DNA of 48,814 nt from Klebsiella phage JD001. The stretch lies in the sequence record NC_020204.1. The stretch is one strand, 5' to 3'. The notes beneath the pieces were generated by a model. It had not been told where the DNA came from. It saw nothing but the letters and a program-made list of their open reading frames with translations, and searched no databases. Numbering within the stretch: the first letter of the stretch is position 1; each line of letters starts with the position of its first letter. Below are positions 8,901-17,786 of this stretch, piece after piece. A program made the translations under genes and the position numbers.

Positions 8901-9400
8901 AAGATACCCTCGTCAGGTTTTTCGTTGGTTACCTTGTACGTTACGCTTGCGCGTAAAGCACCGGTGTCGATAAGTGCATTGTCCGAACCTTTCTGTTCGA
9001 TTGTGTAATCGCTGTTCGGTGGCGTGCGAAGGTCAGTCATGTACTGCTGCACCGCACCGGCTGCGAATGCACCCACTTGTTCAAGCACCTGGTCAAGCGG
9101 TAAATCATTAGCCACGCCGTGAGCGATGGTGTCCACGATATCCTGCTTACCGCTCTGTACGCCGGGTATCAGCCAGGGTCGAGGCGGGATAGGTGCGGGA
9201 TTACCGTATAATTTGTTATCAGGGTTACCGTAATTCAGCAATGCGCCAAGCTGGGCATTTGTCATACCGGAGTCAGGATGCTCACCTGCGTCCGAATGGA
9301 TGCCGACAGTCACAGTCTTCTGACTGACTTTAGCGTATTGCTCCAGTTTCGAACGTATTGCCTGTTTGGCTTGCTGTAGCGCTTTAATGTTGACTGACAT
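8897..9400 (-). CDS. putative head-tail joining/virion morphogenesis protein; first gene of the tail operon
   Basis: 167 aa, RBS GAGGG; C-terminal ...NALIDTGALRASV... reminiscent of HK97 gp10-type proteins (recall); immediately downstream (minus sense) of repeat copy 1. Confidence 0.4.
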   Translation of the reverse strand: MSVNIKALQQAKQAIRSKLEQYAKVSQKTVTVGIHSDAGEHPDSGMTNAQLGALLNYGNPDNKLYGNPAPIPPRPWLIPGVQSGKQDIVDTIAHGVANDLPLDQVLEQVGAFAAGAVQQYMTDLRTPPNSDYTIEQKGSDNALIDTGALRASVTYKVTNEKPDEGIL

Positions 9401-9424
9401 AGTGTGCCCTCGTTTGTCAAGACA

Positions 9425-9433
9425 TTATCACAC
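9425..9433 (-). promoter_or_regulatory. candidate late promoter -10 (extended -10-like TGTGATAAT) for the tail operon
   Basis: read on the minus strand, ~25 nt upstream of the 9400 start and 17 bp downstream of the repeat edge. Confidence 0.3.
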
Positions 9434-9449
9434 AACGTTGCGCCAGTAT

Positions 9450-9735
9450 CCACATACCCCGTTGAAACTCGTTCGGGGTACTTCATCGGGGTATCAAAAA
9501 CTCTTTAACTTTCAGTACTATACTACTTATTACCCCTATACCCCTATAAAATAGTAATTAGTAGTAATAGAAAGTATATAATATATAATATAAATGTAGT
9601 ATAATACATAATGTATACTTTATATAGTTTATAAGAGGGAAGAAGGGAAGAATGTACGGGGTTTTCGGTTATGCGCGTAAGCTGCTGATTGTGAAAGTAA
9701 ATTCGCCACCCCTATGCCTCGGGTATTTCGGGGTG
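9450..9735. repeat. 286-bp direct repeat, copy 1 (copy 2 at 22984..23269)
   Basis: ungapped alignment with ~12 mismatches; GGGGTA/TACCCC motifs, a ~100-bp AT-rich core full of TATAAT-like hexamers, GAGGGAAGAAGGGAAGA purine tract. Confidence 0.9.
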
Positions 9736-9748
9736 TTTTCGGGTAATC

Positions 9749-9840
9749 GTTCACTTTTTGATCGGAATGAAATTATACGGTAGTACACTGTAATTATATT
9801 GTACTACAAAGTTGTTCACTTTTTGATCGGAATGAAATTA
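9749..9840. repeat. two perfect 27-bp direct repeats (9749..9775, 9814..9840) flanking a palindrome TAGTACA-N12-TGTACTA (9781..9806)
   Basis: gttcactttttgatcggaatgaaatta occurs twice 65 bp apart; only beside repeat copy 1. Confidence 0.8.
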
Positions 9841-9862
9841 GCCTTGACGTCATCGCGTGGTA

Positions 9863-9891
9863 TTGACGGATTCGTCAACCATTGATACAGT
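9863..9891 (+). promoter_or_regulatory. early promoter: TTGACGGATTCGTCAA palindrome, 17-nt spacer, TACAGT
   Basis: read directly; an additional TTGACGTCA at 9844..9852; upstream of the 9931 gene. Confidence 0.5.
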
Positions 9892-9930
9892 CAGTACACG
9901 AATTAGAAAGAGAGAGAGGGTTTATAAATT

Positions 9931-10227
9931 ATGGGAAGCCTTGTTGAAGATATCCTGCGTCATGTCCCCACGAAACAATGGCGTAAGAAGTGTGACAGGA
10001 TTGCGTCGCGTGAGTTACATCTCGCGCGAGTTCCCGGGATTCATCACAGGTATGGTAAGTGGGAGGCGGTGGTCTTCTACAGGAATGTCACGCTGACGAT
10101 CGGTTGTTTCAATACTCCACATCGCGCGTTGTTGGCAAGAAAACTGTGGTACTTCTGGCGTGAGCGCGGATTCACTCCGCAGGAGATACCGAAAGGTCCA
10201 AAACGCGAACCATATTCGAGGTCATGA
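9931..10227 (+). CDS. hypothetical early protein
   Basis: 98-aa ORF with a purine-rich RBS region downstream of the 9863 promoter. Confidence 0.4.
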   Translation: MGSLVEDILRHVPTKQWRKKCDRIASRELHLARVPGIHHRYGKWEAVVFYRNVTLTIGCFNTPHRALLARKLWYFWRERGFTPQEIPKGPKREPYSRS

Positions 10228-10358
10228 TGAGAACAAAACACTATCGTAGCTTCTTCATTATCAGAGGTATCGTGGTTGAGGATGAAGGTTATTTATGTGC
10301 TGACAAGGTCATCATGAAGTATTACGGTCGTCACTACGCCGGGAGGATTGGTGAATAA
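10224..10358 (+). CDS. small hypothetical protein (44 aa)
   Basis: ATGA-coupled to the 9931 gene; ends just before the hairpin. Confidence 0.25.
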   Translation: MMRTKHYRSFFIIRGIVVEDEGYLCADKVIMKYYGRHYAGRIGE

Positions 10359-10374
10359 AGCCCCGTGAGGGGCT
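10359..10374. terminator. hairpin AGCCCC-GTGA-GGGGCT between convergent genes
   Basis: 6-bp stem; weak T tracts on both sides. Confidence 0.35.
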
Positions 10375-10382
10375 CATATTAA

Positions 10383-11012
10383 TTAGTTCGATGCAATAAT
10401 GCCAGAGGTACGCAGCTGGGTAAGTAGGTCATTTAATTTTGTCGCAACCACGTTAACAGCCGTGGTTGCCGAGGTAGCCACGGCTGTCGCATCCTCTCCC
10501 GATACCGTCTGCGATCCGACATTGGATACCGCTGAGCCTTGCGCGAACTTATCACCAGCCATTGCCGTTGTTGCAGTTGTGCCAATGACCAGACTTGAAG
10601 TGCCCGCGCCAATTGCGGTACGTGCTTCGGCGGCGTCCGCACCCGCAGCGATAACAGCGGGTTTCCCGGTAATATCACCCCACGCCACAGAGCCGCCACT
10701 TGAAGGGGTCACAGTTCCCATCATTTGAATCATTGTATTGTTGCGGATGATTGGCGCACCTAATGGCTGAATCTCATCAGTCATGACAGCCATTACAGCG
10801 TCAGCCAGACCCTGGGGGTCTACACCAACAACAGCCTGATAATCGTCGGAGATGTACCCGCTTACCGGCTCACCTGTGACAACTACCTGTCGAGGCGCAC
10901 CACCTCGGATGAATATCTCACCAAGTGGCGTTTTACCTGTTGCAGCATTGACGAGTGCAACGAGTTCGCTAACTGTATTAGCAGAAAGAACTTCGTAAGT
11001 TGTTACCGACAT
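10383..11012 (-). CDS. hypothetical virion structural protein (Ala/Thr/Gly-rich)
   Basis: 209-aa ORF in the head-tail region of the late operon. Confidence 0.4.
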   Translation of the reverse strand: MSVTTYEVLSANTVSELVALVNAATGKTPLGEIFIRGGAPRQVVVTGEPVSGYISDDYQAVVGVDPQGLADAVMAVMTDEIQPLGAPIIRNNTMIQMMGTVTPSSGGSVAWGDITGKPAVIAAGADAAEARTAIGAGTSSLVIGTTATTAMAGDKFAQGSAVSNVGSQTVSGEDATAVATSATTAVNVVATKLNDLLTQLRTSGIIASN

Positions 11013-11021
11013 TTAATTACC

Positions 11022-11441
11022 TCATATGGCTAATGCGCCCATACCGACGCGTTTACGGAGCCTGTAGAACTGCTGCCCATATACGGACCAGGTTAGCCAG
11101 TCATTGTTGACCTCAAGCATTGCCGGGACACGATATGAAATAGACTCATCCCCTACGGATTTTGTCGCCACGTTAAGACGTGCTTCCTGATTGACATCAC
11201 TGTTCAGTCCTTCCGGATAGTAAACAGCGAGCCAGTGTGCGGCATAATAGAACATTCCGCGTTGTTTCAGGTTCCCGCACGCCGCCTCGTAACTTCCCCA
11301 GCGCTTACTACCCGTCTCGGTATCAGCCTCACACAATGCGTACTGAATGAGGCTGTCCGGGAAATCGGTAGTGGACGAGAAAGCCTGACCGCCGAGCGGC
11401 CAGATGCGAAAATCTGCGATAACTTCGGCGGTGATATCCAT
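11022..11441 (-). CDS. putative head-tail connector/adaptor protein
   Basis: 140 aa from the ATG at 11441 (TAA-C-ATG junction with the upstream gene); resembles DUF4054-type proteins by recall only. Confidence 0.35.
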   Translation of the reverse strand: MDITAEVIADFRIWPLGGQAFSSTTDFPDSLIQYALCEADTETGSKRWGSYEAACGNLKQRGMFYYAAHWLAVYYPEGLNSDVNQEARLNVATKSVGDESISYRVPAMLEVNNDWLTWSVYGQQFYRLRKRVGMGALAI

Positions 11442-11442
11442 G

Positions 11443-11799
11443 TTACATACCCACAGTGAATACAGCGACGACTTTGGCAATGTCAGTACCAGTGATACCA
11501 GACAGTACGATACGACCTTTCGTTGCAGACGTGTTGAACACCGGGGGACTGTATGTCGCAGCGGCACCGCATTTCGTTGCATCCACGCTCACATCACCGG
11601 TGCCGGGTGCCATCCACTGACCGGGAAGTAACTGCATCGTTGGTGTGACGGTGCCGGCTGTCGGCGTAACGATAGCACCACTGGAGTTATAGAACGCCAC
11701 ACGGAAGTCGCATTTGTTGTGATTCTGGTCAATGAGTCCAGTCTCATACGTGCCGTCTGCCGTTGTAGCCAGTGTGATAGTGTATTGATAACCACTCAT
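11443..11799 (-). CDS. hypothetical virion protein
   Basis: 118-aa ORF in the late operon. Confidence 0.35.
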   Translation of the reverse strand: MSGYQYTITLATTADGTYETGLIDQNHNKCDFRVAFYNSSGAIVTPTAGTVTPTMQLLPGQWMAPGTGDVSVDATKCGAAATYSPPVFNTSATKGRIVLSGITGTDIAKVVAVFTVGM

Positions 11800-12380
11800 A
11801 GATTGACCCCGTTGTAGCTTACAAACTGACCATTCTGAATGACCAGTCCTGGAATTGTTGGTGGTTCGGCCCAGCGCAAATGTGTTGCAATGTTCTGCGC
11901 CGCGTTAGTGTCACGATTCGTCAGTACCAGATTAAGCACTGCGCCAGGTAAAATCAATTGTGGACTTGATATTGCACTTAATGCTGCGCCTCTGGACTGG
12001 TTACTGGTATTACCGAAAATATATTTTACCGAACGGGTCTGGATACCGTCTGCCGTCACCGTTGCACCGCTGTAGATGTTGGCCGTATTGGCCTGTGCAA
12101 TGATGTCGTTGGCGTTGTTAATTTCAGTAACAAGTGTGCCACCGGTGTACGTGGGCGCGCGAAAGATTGCGGCGTTCACACCGACGCCATCGTATGACAA
12201 CTGACGGTCGAAGAGGATTACCGGACGTGACCCGGCGACGAAGATGGTTTTATTCGATGCACCTGCGGCAACGCTGGTAACAGTGGAAGCCTCAAAGACA
12301 TACCCCTGTCTCTCCCAGATATTCAGGAGTTCAGACAGGGGCTGTTGTGAGGGTGGAATTACATTTGACGGAAAAGCCAT
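11796..12380 (-). CDS. hypothetical virion protein
   Basis: 194-aa ORF in the late operon. Confidence 0.4.
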   Translation of the reverse strand: MAFPSNVIPPSQQPLSELLNIWERQGYVFEASTVTSVAAGASNKTIFVAGSRPVILFDRQLSYDGVGVNAAIFRAPTYTGGTLVTEINNANDIIAQANTANIYSGATVTADGIQTRSVKYIFGNTSNQSRGAALSAISSPQLILPGAVLNLVLTNRDTNAAQNIATHLRWAEPPTIPGLVIQNGQFVSYNGVNL

Positions 12381-12398
12381 TTCACACCCCTATGTTAA

Positions 12399-12716
12399 TT
12401 AAGAGGCGGCTTTTGCTGCCTCGATTTCTTGCTGAAGTCGTGACTTCTTCCAGCGCGCATCAACTTTGATACCCAGTTCTTCGGCTTCTGCGCGAAGTTC
12501 GTCAATGGTCACATCGTCTGCGTCTGAGTCAGGGTTGACCAGTTCACCGGAAATAACCTCCAGTTCACCCGCGTTCACGTATGTCGATACGAACTTATAT
12601 ACCGGAATCGTTAGTTCAATCTCCTTCGCATCACCCGGCGCAACAACTCGCTCGTGAATGTCGCCCTTACCCGGAAACGCGAACGCACGCAGTGAGACAT
12701 TCTTTACAGTAATCAT
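12399..12716 (-). CDS. hypothetical head-associated protein
   Basis: 105 aa, acidic, first gene after the post-capsid terminator. Confidence 0.4.
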   Translation of the reverse strand: MITVKNVSLRAFAFPGKGDIHERVVAPGDAKEIELTIPVYKFVSTYVNAGELEVISGELVNPDSDADDVTIDELRAEAEELGIKVDARWKKSRLQQEIEAAKAAS

Positions 12717-12770
12717 AAAATCACCCTTAGTTGTAATACATACCCGTCATTATTCTACCCTTTCCGATAA

Positions 12771-12798
12771 TCAAAGAAAAGCCCTCCGAAGAGGGCTT
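12771..12798 (-). terminator. rho-independent terminator downstream of the major capsid gene
   Basis: AAGCCCTC-CGAA-GAGGGCTT hairpin followed by TTTCTTTG on the minus strand. Confidence 0.6.
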
Positions 12799-12820
12799 GG
12801 GATGCTACTGAGGGTAGGTA

Positions 12821-13855
12821 TTACAGCATATCGAGGTAGATCGCACTCAAAGGATAGCGAATTTCCACACCTGAAATTTTGTACTCTGCTGGTACAGTTA
12901 CAGCCAGACCCTTATTCTGCGGTGCCAGCATACGGAAAGGAATCGGCTTGGCAACACCCAGGTTGCGGTCGTTCTTCTCGTAGATGAACACACGGTCTTT
13001 TGAACCGTTGGACACACCACCTGCGGTCAGTTCCGCAGCGGTCAGCTGGAAACGGATTGCGATGTCGATTTCCTGACCGGTCATCAGAGTGTACGCGTTG
13101 TTGGTTTTGAAAAACTCCATCACGGTGGTGTCGGAGTAACCAGTCATCAGCAGGCTGTTCATGCGTTTCCACAGGTCCGGGAACACACGGACGGTATTCG
13201 GAACATGGAAATTTTTGGACAGTTTGATGATGTCAAACAGTGGGTCATTGAGCATGTCGAACAACTCTTGACCAGTGGCGGTGGTGTAGTCAACAGTCGC
13301 CGAAGTGGTCGTCACATTCGAGTTGTTGAACAGACCGGCCATTCCCAGCTGTGAGTCACCGAAGTAAGCCACTTTCTGACTGTGCTCTTCGTAGCCACGA
13401 TATGCCAGCTGCTGCTGCATGGTGTCAATCGGCATGTTCTGAGACGCAGTGGTGCGCAGCTCGTCAATACTATAGTGGCACTCGATGCCGCCGTAGTTCA
13501 GAGGTACAGTGTGGAGTTTCGCAGACTGAGCAACACGCGGCAGGTCGGATGCGTTTGCGCCGATGAACTTCCCAATAGTGCGCCCATCATAGCTCCGGTA
13601 CACCCAATGGTTCGCATGTTCCGGGATGCCGGATACAACCGGGATGTCCTGTAGATAAGTAATATCCGCATACGGAGTTGCATAGATGGTCTGCTCAATC
13701 TGTGCCAGCTGAGAGATGTAGAACGCGATGCCACCGTCAGCATCACGGAATTCAGCCGGAACGTTGATAGCATTCTGACCATCCAGATACTGTTTGACCC
13801 ACGGGTTACCCGCGATAGTCTGTGCGTCAAGTACAACGCTGTTTAATTTGTCCAT
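12821..13855 (-). CDS. major capsid protein
   Basis: 344 aa, follows the protease/scaffold and decoration genes, followed by a strong terminator (classic capsid-gene arrangement). Confidence 0.7.
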   Translation of the reverse strand: MDKLNSVVLDAQTIAGNPWVKQYLDGQNAINVPAEFRDADGGIAFYISQLAQIEQTIYATPYADITYLQDIPVVSGIPEHANHWVYRSYDGRTIGKFIGANASDLPRVAQSAKLHTVPLNYGGIECHYSIDELRTTASQNMPIDTMQQQLAYRGYEEHSQKVAYFGDSQLGMAGLFNNSNVTTTSATVDYTTATGQELFDMLNDPLFDIIKLSKNFHVPNTVRVFPDLWKRMNSLLMTGYSDTTVMEFFKTNNAYTLMTGQEIDIAIRFQLTAAELTAGGVSNGSKDRVFIYEKNDRNLGVAKPIPFRMLAPQNKGLAVTVPAEYKISGVEIRYPLSAIYLDML

Positions 13856-13857
13856 TA

Positions 13858-14346
13858 TTAACCCCCAACAACCAGAGACAGTTTAGCCAGACCACCGGCT
13901 GTTGCGGCAGTGAGGAATTTAGCACCAGGAATGGCAACCGACAAGGTTGCTTCGGAACCCGCTGCTTTAGCGAAATCGCCGGTCTGAGTCGCACCGACAC
14001 GCAGATACGCGGCGTCACCAACGGCAACATCCTCTGCTACGGTTACCCAGATTACGCCAGCGGTGAGTACGGATGCCGGACGGTCAATCGGAGCACCGAA
14101 AGTTGCACCGTCAGCGTAAGAGCGGTTCAGTTCACGAACCAGTACGCCCACGAAGTTGCCGGCTGTGGAAACAGCAGTTGCGGCCTTAAAGCCTTTCTCG
14201 CCGCTACGCACAACACCTTTTCCATATGCGACGGTTGCGGTGTCATCGTTAATTTTGGAAACGATATTTGCTACTTGTCCGTCGGCGACCATCCCGGTAA
14301 AGGCTGCGTCGTGATTCAGACCGTAGCTGGTTGCAGTAATAGCCAT
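13858..14346 (-). CDS. putative head decoration/cement protein
   Basis: 162 aa Ala/Gly-rich protein between protease/scaffold and capsid genes. Confidence 0.45.
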   Translation of the reverse strand: MAITATSYGLNHDAAFTGMVADGQVANIVSKINDDTATVAYGKGVVRSGEKGFKAATAVSTAGNFVGVLVRELNRSYADGATFGAPIDRPASVLTAGVIWVTVAEDVAVGDAAYLRVGATQTGDFAKAAGSEATLSVAIPGAKFLTAATAGGLAKLSLVVGG

Positions 14347-14357
14347 CTATGTCACCC

Positions 14358-15500
14358 TTATTTAAGTTTACCAGTCTGACGCAGCAGTGCTTCTTGTGCG
14401 CGGGACAGTACAGGTTTTGCGTCGGCTACCGGCTGTTTGATGTCTTTAGCGCCATCTTTAGCCAGTTGCTCAAGCTGTGAGTCTACCACAGGTTTCACCG
14501 GTTCTTCCACAGCCATGTCGAAAGCGGCTTCAACATAGGCGGCAGATTTTTCGGCCCAGTCAACAGACGGACGTTTAACAGCGAGAGCGGCACGTTTGAT
14601 TGCGACCGGGTCCATGCTGTCACAGGTGAATTCATCGCCAGCAACTTTACGCGCTGAGGAGGTAACACGTGCAATTGCTTCCACGCGTGCTTTCAGGGCT
14701 TCGTCGCTGCATTTGGTGGTCAGGTCGGCAACCTGTTCCAGTGCTGCGTCGAGTTGGGCCTGTACGGTTTCTTTGGCGGCTTCGGCGTCACTGACACGCT
14801 GTTCTAAGCGTTTGAACGCGTCCACCACCGCAGCATCCGCCACGTCAACTTTTAGCCCGGTGTCAGTGGTGATTTGATACATGGGTTTTTTCTCCATATT
14901 ATCGAAGATACGCGCCATTGCACCCGCACGAGCACGGTCAACAATTGCAACGTGGTTAATTTTAATCTGAGTCTGTCGGAAGTCGTATGGTTCACCTTCC
15001 GGCGTTGTCCCTGGTGTATCATCATACACCGCCGTGTAACCCGCTGACAACTCACACTTACCAGTTTCAACAGCCTTAATCGCGTCTTTATCCTTGATAA
15101 CCATGTCCACAACGACGAAATCGCCGTCCTGACGACCAACACTCGTTACAACACCGACGGAAGTGTTACGGTACGTGGAAGCATTGATAAGTGTAGGAGG
15201 ATGGTTATTCGTGACATCTGCGCCGAGATAGCTCTGAAGTGATTCATCGTTAAACACTTCTTCGGCGGGACGATACACACGGATAATGTCGTTCGGCGCG
15301 CGGTCTTTCAGTCCCAGTTCCGAAGCGAGATATTCCTGAATACCAGTACGAGCGGCTTTACCCGGCACACGCAGAAATCCCTCATCCGTGTAAACACGTT
15401 GGGAATTCAGTGCAAAACTTTTACGGTCATTGTGTGTTACGGTAATTTGCATGTTGACGAGTCCGTCAGAGTATGCCATAGTGATAATCGTTGAACACAT
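14358..15500 (-). CDS. prohead protease/scaffolding fusion protein
   Basis: N-terminal region with ...INHVAIVDRARAG... resembling DUF2213-type prohead proteases (recall); C-terminal Ala/Glu/Lys-rich coiled-coil typical of scaffolds. Confidence 0.55.
   Translation of the reverse strand: MCSTIITMAYSDGLVNMQITVTHNDRKSFALNSQRVYTDEGFLRVPGKAARTGIQEYLASELGLKDRAPNDIIRVYRPAEEVFNDESLQSYLGADVTNNHPPTLINASTYRNTSVGVVTSVGRQDGDFVVVDMVIKDKDAIKAVETGKCELSAGYTAVYDDTPGTTPEGEPYDFRQTQIKINHVAIVDRARAGAMARIFDNMEKKPMYQITTDTGLKVDVADAAVVDAFKRLEQRVSDAEAAKETVQAQLDAALEQVADLTTKCSDEALKARVEAIARVTSSARKVAGDEFTCDSMDPVAIKRAALAVKRPSVDWAEKSAAYVEAAFDMAVEEPVKPVVDSQLEQLAKDGAKDIKQPVADAKPVLSRAQEALLRQTGKLK
15454..15482 (+). promoter_or_regulatory. 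early promoter: TTGACGAGTCCGTCA palindrome, 17-nt spacer, CATAGT
   Basis: read directly; upstream of the 15529 gene. Confidence 0.45.
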
Positions 15501-15528
15501 AATACATATATTTCACAGGAGATACAAC

Positions 15529-15993
15529 ATGACCACGTGGAACTACATTATCGGTGACGAGAAAGACTTCGAATGTGCGCCGGATTGGTGTAAGCAGGTG
15601 ATAAGAGAGTTGGGAACTGGCGACATCGGATACGAGGAAAACTGTAACGGTTTGCAAAGTGTGGGGGACAGAATTTGGTGGCCCAATGAGTCAAGTCTTG
15701 ATAATTGCAATACGCTTGATGAAAGAGATGTTAACGGTACTTCCAACATTGAAATTATCGCTCAACGCGAACCTGTAGCAACCAATGACAGCAAATACAA
15801 TCGCCCTTGTAAGGGTATCACTATTGACGTTTATGACGTTCTCAAAGCGTTCAATGTCACATGTCCCGCACTTCAACACCTGATTAAAAAGGCTTTAGCG
15901 GTCGGCCAGCGTGGACACAAGGACGCAAGTGAAGATTTAAAAGACATCCTGGCGAGCGCCAAACGTGCAATTGAACTGTCGGAGGGTGAGTAA
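15529..15993 (+). CDS. hypothetical early protein
   Basis: 154 aa from the ATG with RBS AGGAG (in frame inside track ORF 15430..15993); Cys-rich N-terminus. Confidence 0.45.
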   Translation: MTTWNYIIGDEKDFECAPDWCKQVIRELGTGDIGYEENCNGLQSVGDRIWWPNESSLDNCNTLDERDVNGTSNIEIIAQREPVATNDSKYNRPCKGITIDVYDVLKAFNVTCPALQHLIKKALAVGQRGHKDASEDLKDILASAKRAIELSEGE

Positions 15994-16191
15994 ATGAACA
16001 TCACGTGGTTTAGCCGTAAATTTACATATAATTGGTTCATGTGCCTGCTGGGGGTATGGTGTGCTAAATGGTTCGGAATGGATGATGCCCTATGGTGGAC
16101 ATTGATTCCCGCATTGTCTTTCGGTTTATCGAGAGATACCGAGTATTCACACGGATATTGGTTCTTAGAAAATAAGGAGAACAACAAATGA
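15994..16191 (+). CDS. small membrane protein (65 aa)
   Basis: RBS GGAGGGTGAG; Trp/Phe-rich hydrophobic segments. Confidence 0.4.
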   Translation: MNITWFSRKFTYNWFMCLLGVWCAKWFGMDDALWWTLIPALSFGLSRDTEYSHGYWFLENKENNK

Positions 16192-16373
16192 ACACACCAT
16201 ACGCATACGAAGTGACAACTAACCGCGGTACGACATATCTGGTCCGCGCGGGCAGTGTGGCGCATAACAACGCTGTTATGTTCGGGTATCAATTGAAACC
16301 GTTGTATGAGGGTGACGAAATGACATGTTATGTAACCCACTGGCAACCATTGCCCGAGCCGCCGCAGGAGTGA
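16188..16373 (+). CDS. small hypothetical protein (61 aa)
   Basis: RBS AAGGAGAA; ATGA-coupled. Confidence 0.4.
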   Translation: MNTPYAYEVTTNRGTTYLVRAGSVAHNNAVMFGYQLKPLYEGDEMTCYVTHWQPLPEPPQE

Positions 16374-16430
16374 TGTTATGGAATATTTACTCCTTTGTGT
16401 CGGCGTTGTGATTTGGGTCGTATATTTAAG

Positions 16431-16460
16431 TTGACGAGTTCGTCAGGGATGACATATACT
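16431..16460 (+). promoter_or_regulatory. early promoter: TTGACGAGTTCGTCA palindrome, 18-nt spacer, TATACT
   Basis: read directly. Confidence 0.5.
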
Positions 16461-16492
16461 CAGTTCATCAACAACAGAGAGGGTGAGACAAA

Positions 16493-16642
16493 ATGAACAC
16501 TTTACTTCCTGGCTACAACCGCCCCGTATCAGAGGCACGCATTGTCGATAAACAACTCTTACAGGCCGCACAACAGCTTGCACGTAGGCATGAAGGTTGG
16601 GCGCTCGCTAACGCTGTGTTACGTGAGGCGTATGGAAAATGA
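16493..16642 (+). CDS. small hypothetical protein (49 aa)
   Basis: RBS GAGAGGGTGAG; ATGA-coupled to the next gene. Confidence 0.3.
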   Translation: MNTLLPGYNRPVSEARIVDKQLLQAAQQLARRHEGWALANAVLREAYGK

Positions 16643-16836
16643 ACTATAAACCTGTCAAAGCGGTAACGCTCCGCAACAATGACAAGTTCATCGATGTGGA
16701 CGGTGTTGTCACCGTGACAAACTTCAAAATGAACTTCCGCGAAGATATCGTGACATTCACTGCGACTAAAGAGGACGGTTCGGTATCTGAGCGTTGGATA
16801 GCGATGGACCGACTTGTTAATAAGGTGGTGAACTAA
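16639..16836 (+). CDS. small hypothetical protein (65 aa)
   Basis: track ORF, translationally coupled. Confidence 0.4.
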   Translation: MNYKPVKAVTLRNNDKFIDVDGVVTVTNFKMNFREDIVTFTATKEDGSVSERWIAMDRLVNKVVN

Positions 16837-17024
16837 TGGGTATTATTAAAGGTGTACTAATCATCCTGCTTGCAGGGTGGGTAATTCTGGCAACAATCGC
16901 CACGCTGCCTCTGGAACTGGAATACAAGTGGCAGGCATGGGCAATTGTTGCATTTGGTCCTGTTGCTGTATTTGCTGGACTGTGGGAAGTGGCGAGCCGG
17001 GTGTTCAGAGGACGTGGGAAATAA
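16836..17024 (+). CDS. small two-TM membrane protein (62 aa)
   Basis: two hydrophobic helices (GVLIILLAGWVILATIATL / WAIVAFGPVAVFAGLW), basic C-terminus. Confidence 0.35.
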   Translation: MGIIKGVLIILLAGWVILATIATLPLELEYKWQAWAIVAFGPVAVFAGLWEVASRVFRGRGK

Positions 17025-17030
17025 CAGTGT

Positions 17031-17078
17031 CATCGCTTAACATTTGGGTCGGTTTTACCGGCCCTTTTGTTAAGCGTT
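17031..17078. terminator. nested hairpin (outer CGCTTAACA/TGTTAAGCG, inner GTCGGT-TTT-ACCGGC) with T-rich tail
   Basis: read directly between convergent genes. Confidence 0.35.
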
Positions 17079-17085
17079 AATCATT

Positions 17086-17703
17086 TTAACCGATGTATCT
17101 TGCACCTTTCGATGTATTTTCAGAAGCCCATAAAGGTTGTAAATTCGACAGTGAATTTATGATTTTAGAATCTGTGATTCCCCACTCCACCAATATCGAT
17201 ATGGGTATGATATGGTCGACATGCCACTCGCCATGATTTTCCCAAGTCATACCTGGTCTGAATAAAGACTCTATATGATTCTTAAATTCATCAATTGAGT
17301 ATCCTAGTTTCCTAATACTCACATTACTTCGGTTCCCATCTAAATATCTGTAGATAAGTTTATTTAGACAACCTCGGATAACGCACGACAATTTATAATT
17401 TGAGTCAGTTCTATATCTATTTTTGTGCCGCGTGTTTATTTTTATTCTGTTCTCTGGTTTTGCTCTATATTCACGTTGGTACTGTTTCTTTTGTTCTCTG
17501 TTTTCATTGTATTTTCTCTTTTCCTTTTGTTTAATCTTATCTGATTGTTTGACGTACGCCCTTTTACAGATTTCCCTACCGCACTCTACACAGGTGTGAT
17601 TACAAGTGAATCGCTCAGAAAGATGCCCGTTTCTACATGGTTTACCGGTGAAATAACGAGGGTAACCATTTTCCAATGCTTCAACTCTGGATGTGATTTT
17701 CAA
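17086..17703 (-). CDS. HNH homing endonuclease
   Basis: ...EWHVDHIIPISIL...NLQPLWASENTSKGA... HNH core; Cys-rich zinc-binding N-terminus; TTG start per track; embedded between MuF and protease genes. Confidence 0.65.
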   Translation of the reverse strand: MKITSRVEALENGYPRYFTGKPCRNGHLSERFTCNHTCVECGREICKRAYVKQSDKIKQKEKRKYNENREQKKQYQREYRAKPENRIKINTRHKNRYRTDSNYKLSCVIRGCLNKLIYRYLDGNRSNVSIRKLGYSIDEFKNHIESLFRPGMTWENHGEWHVDHIIPISILVEWGITDSKIINSLSNLQPLWASENTSKGARYIG

Positions 17704-17786
17704 AATTTACCTCTGGTCCGAAGGTGGTCAAAATGAAAAAACGGCAAATAGTGACCAACTATCTTTCGGATGCCTCCTAGCCGTTT

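Noticed and set aside
9652-9783. Short ORF starting at the ATG after the GAGGGAAGAAGGGAAGA tract inside repeat copy 1
   Set aside because: The equivalent frame in copy 2 (23187..) hits a stop after 19 codons, and mismatches between the copies cluster there. It is not a conserved peptide, and the purine tract is more likely regulatory.
9749-9840. Possible CRISPR-like array
   Set aside because: There are only two repeat units, with a palindromic spacer and no cas genes. It is treated as iteron/operator-like instead.
13822-14379. 185-aa plus-strand ORF antisense to the decoration gene, and similar long antisense ORFs (7376..7954, 10399..10728, 30778..31251, 33852..34418, 27573..28046)
   Set aside because: They have no RBS and odd composition, and each lies inside a confidently coding gene on the other strand. 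They are typical shadow ORFs of GC-rich coding DNA.
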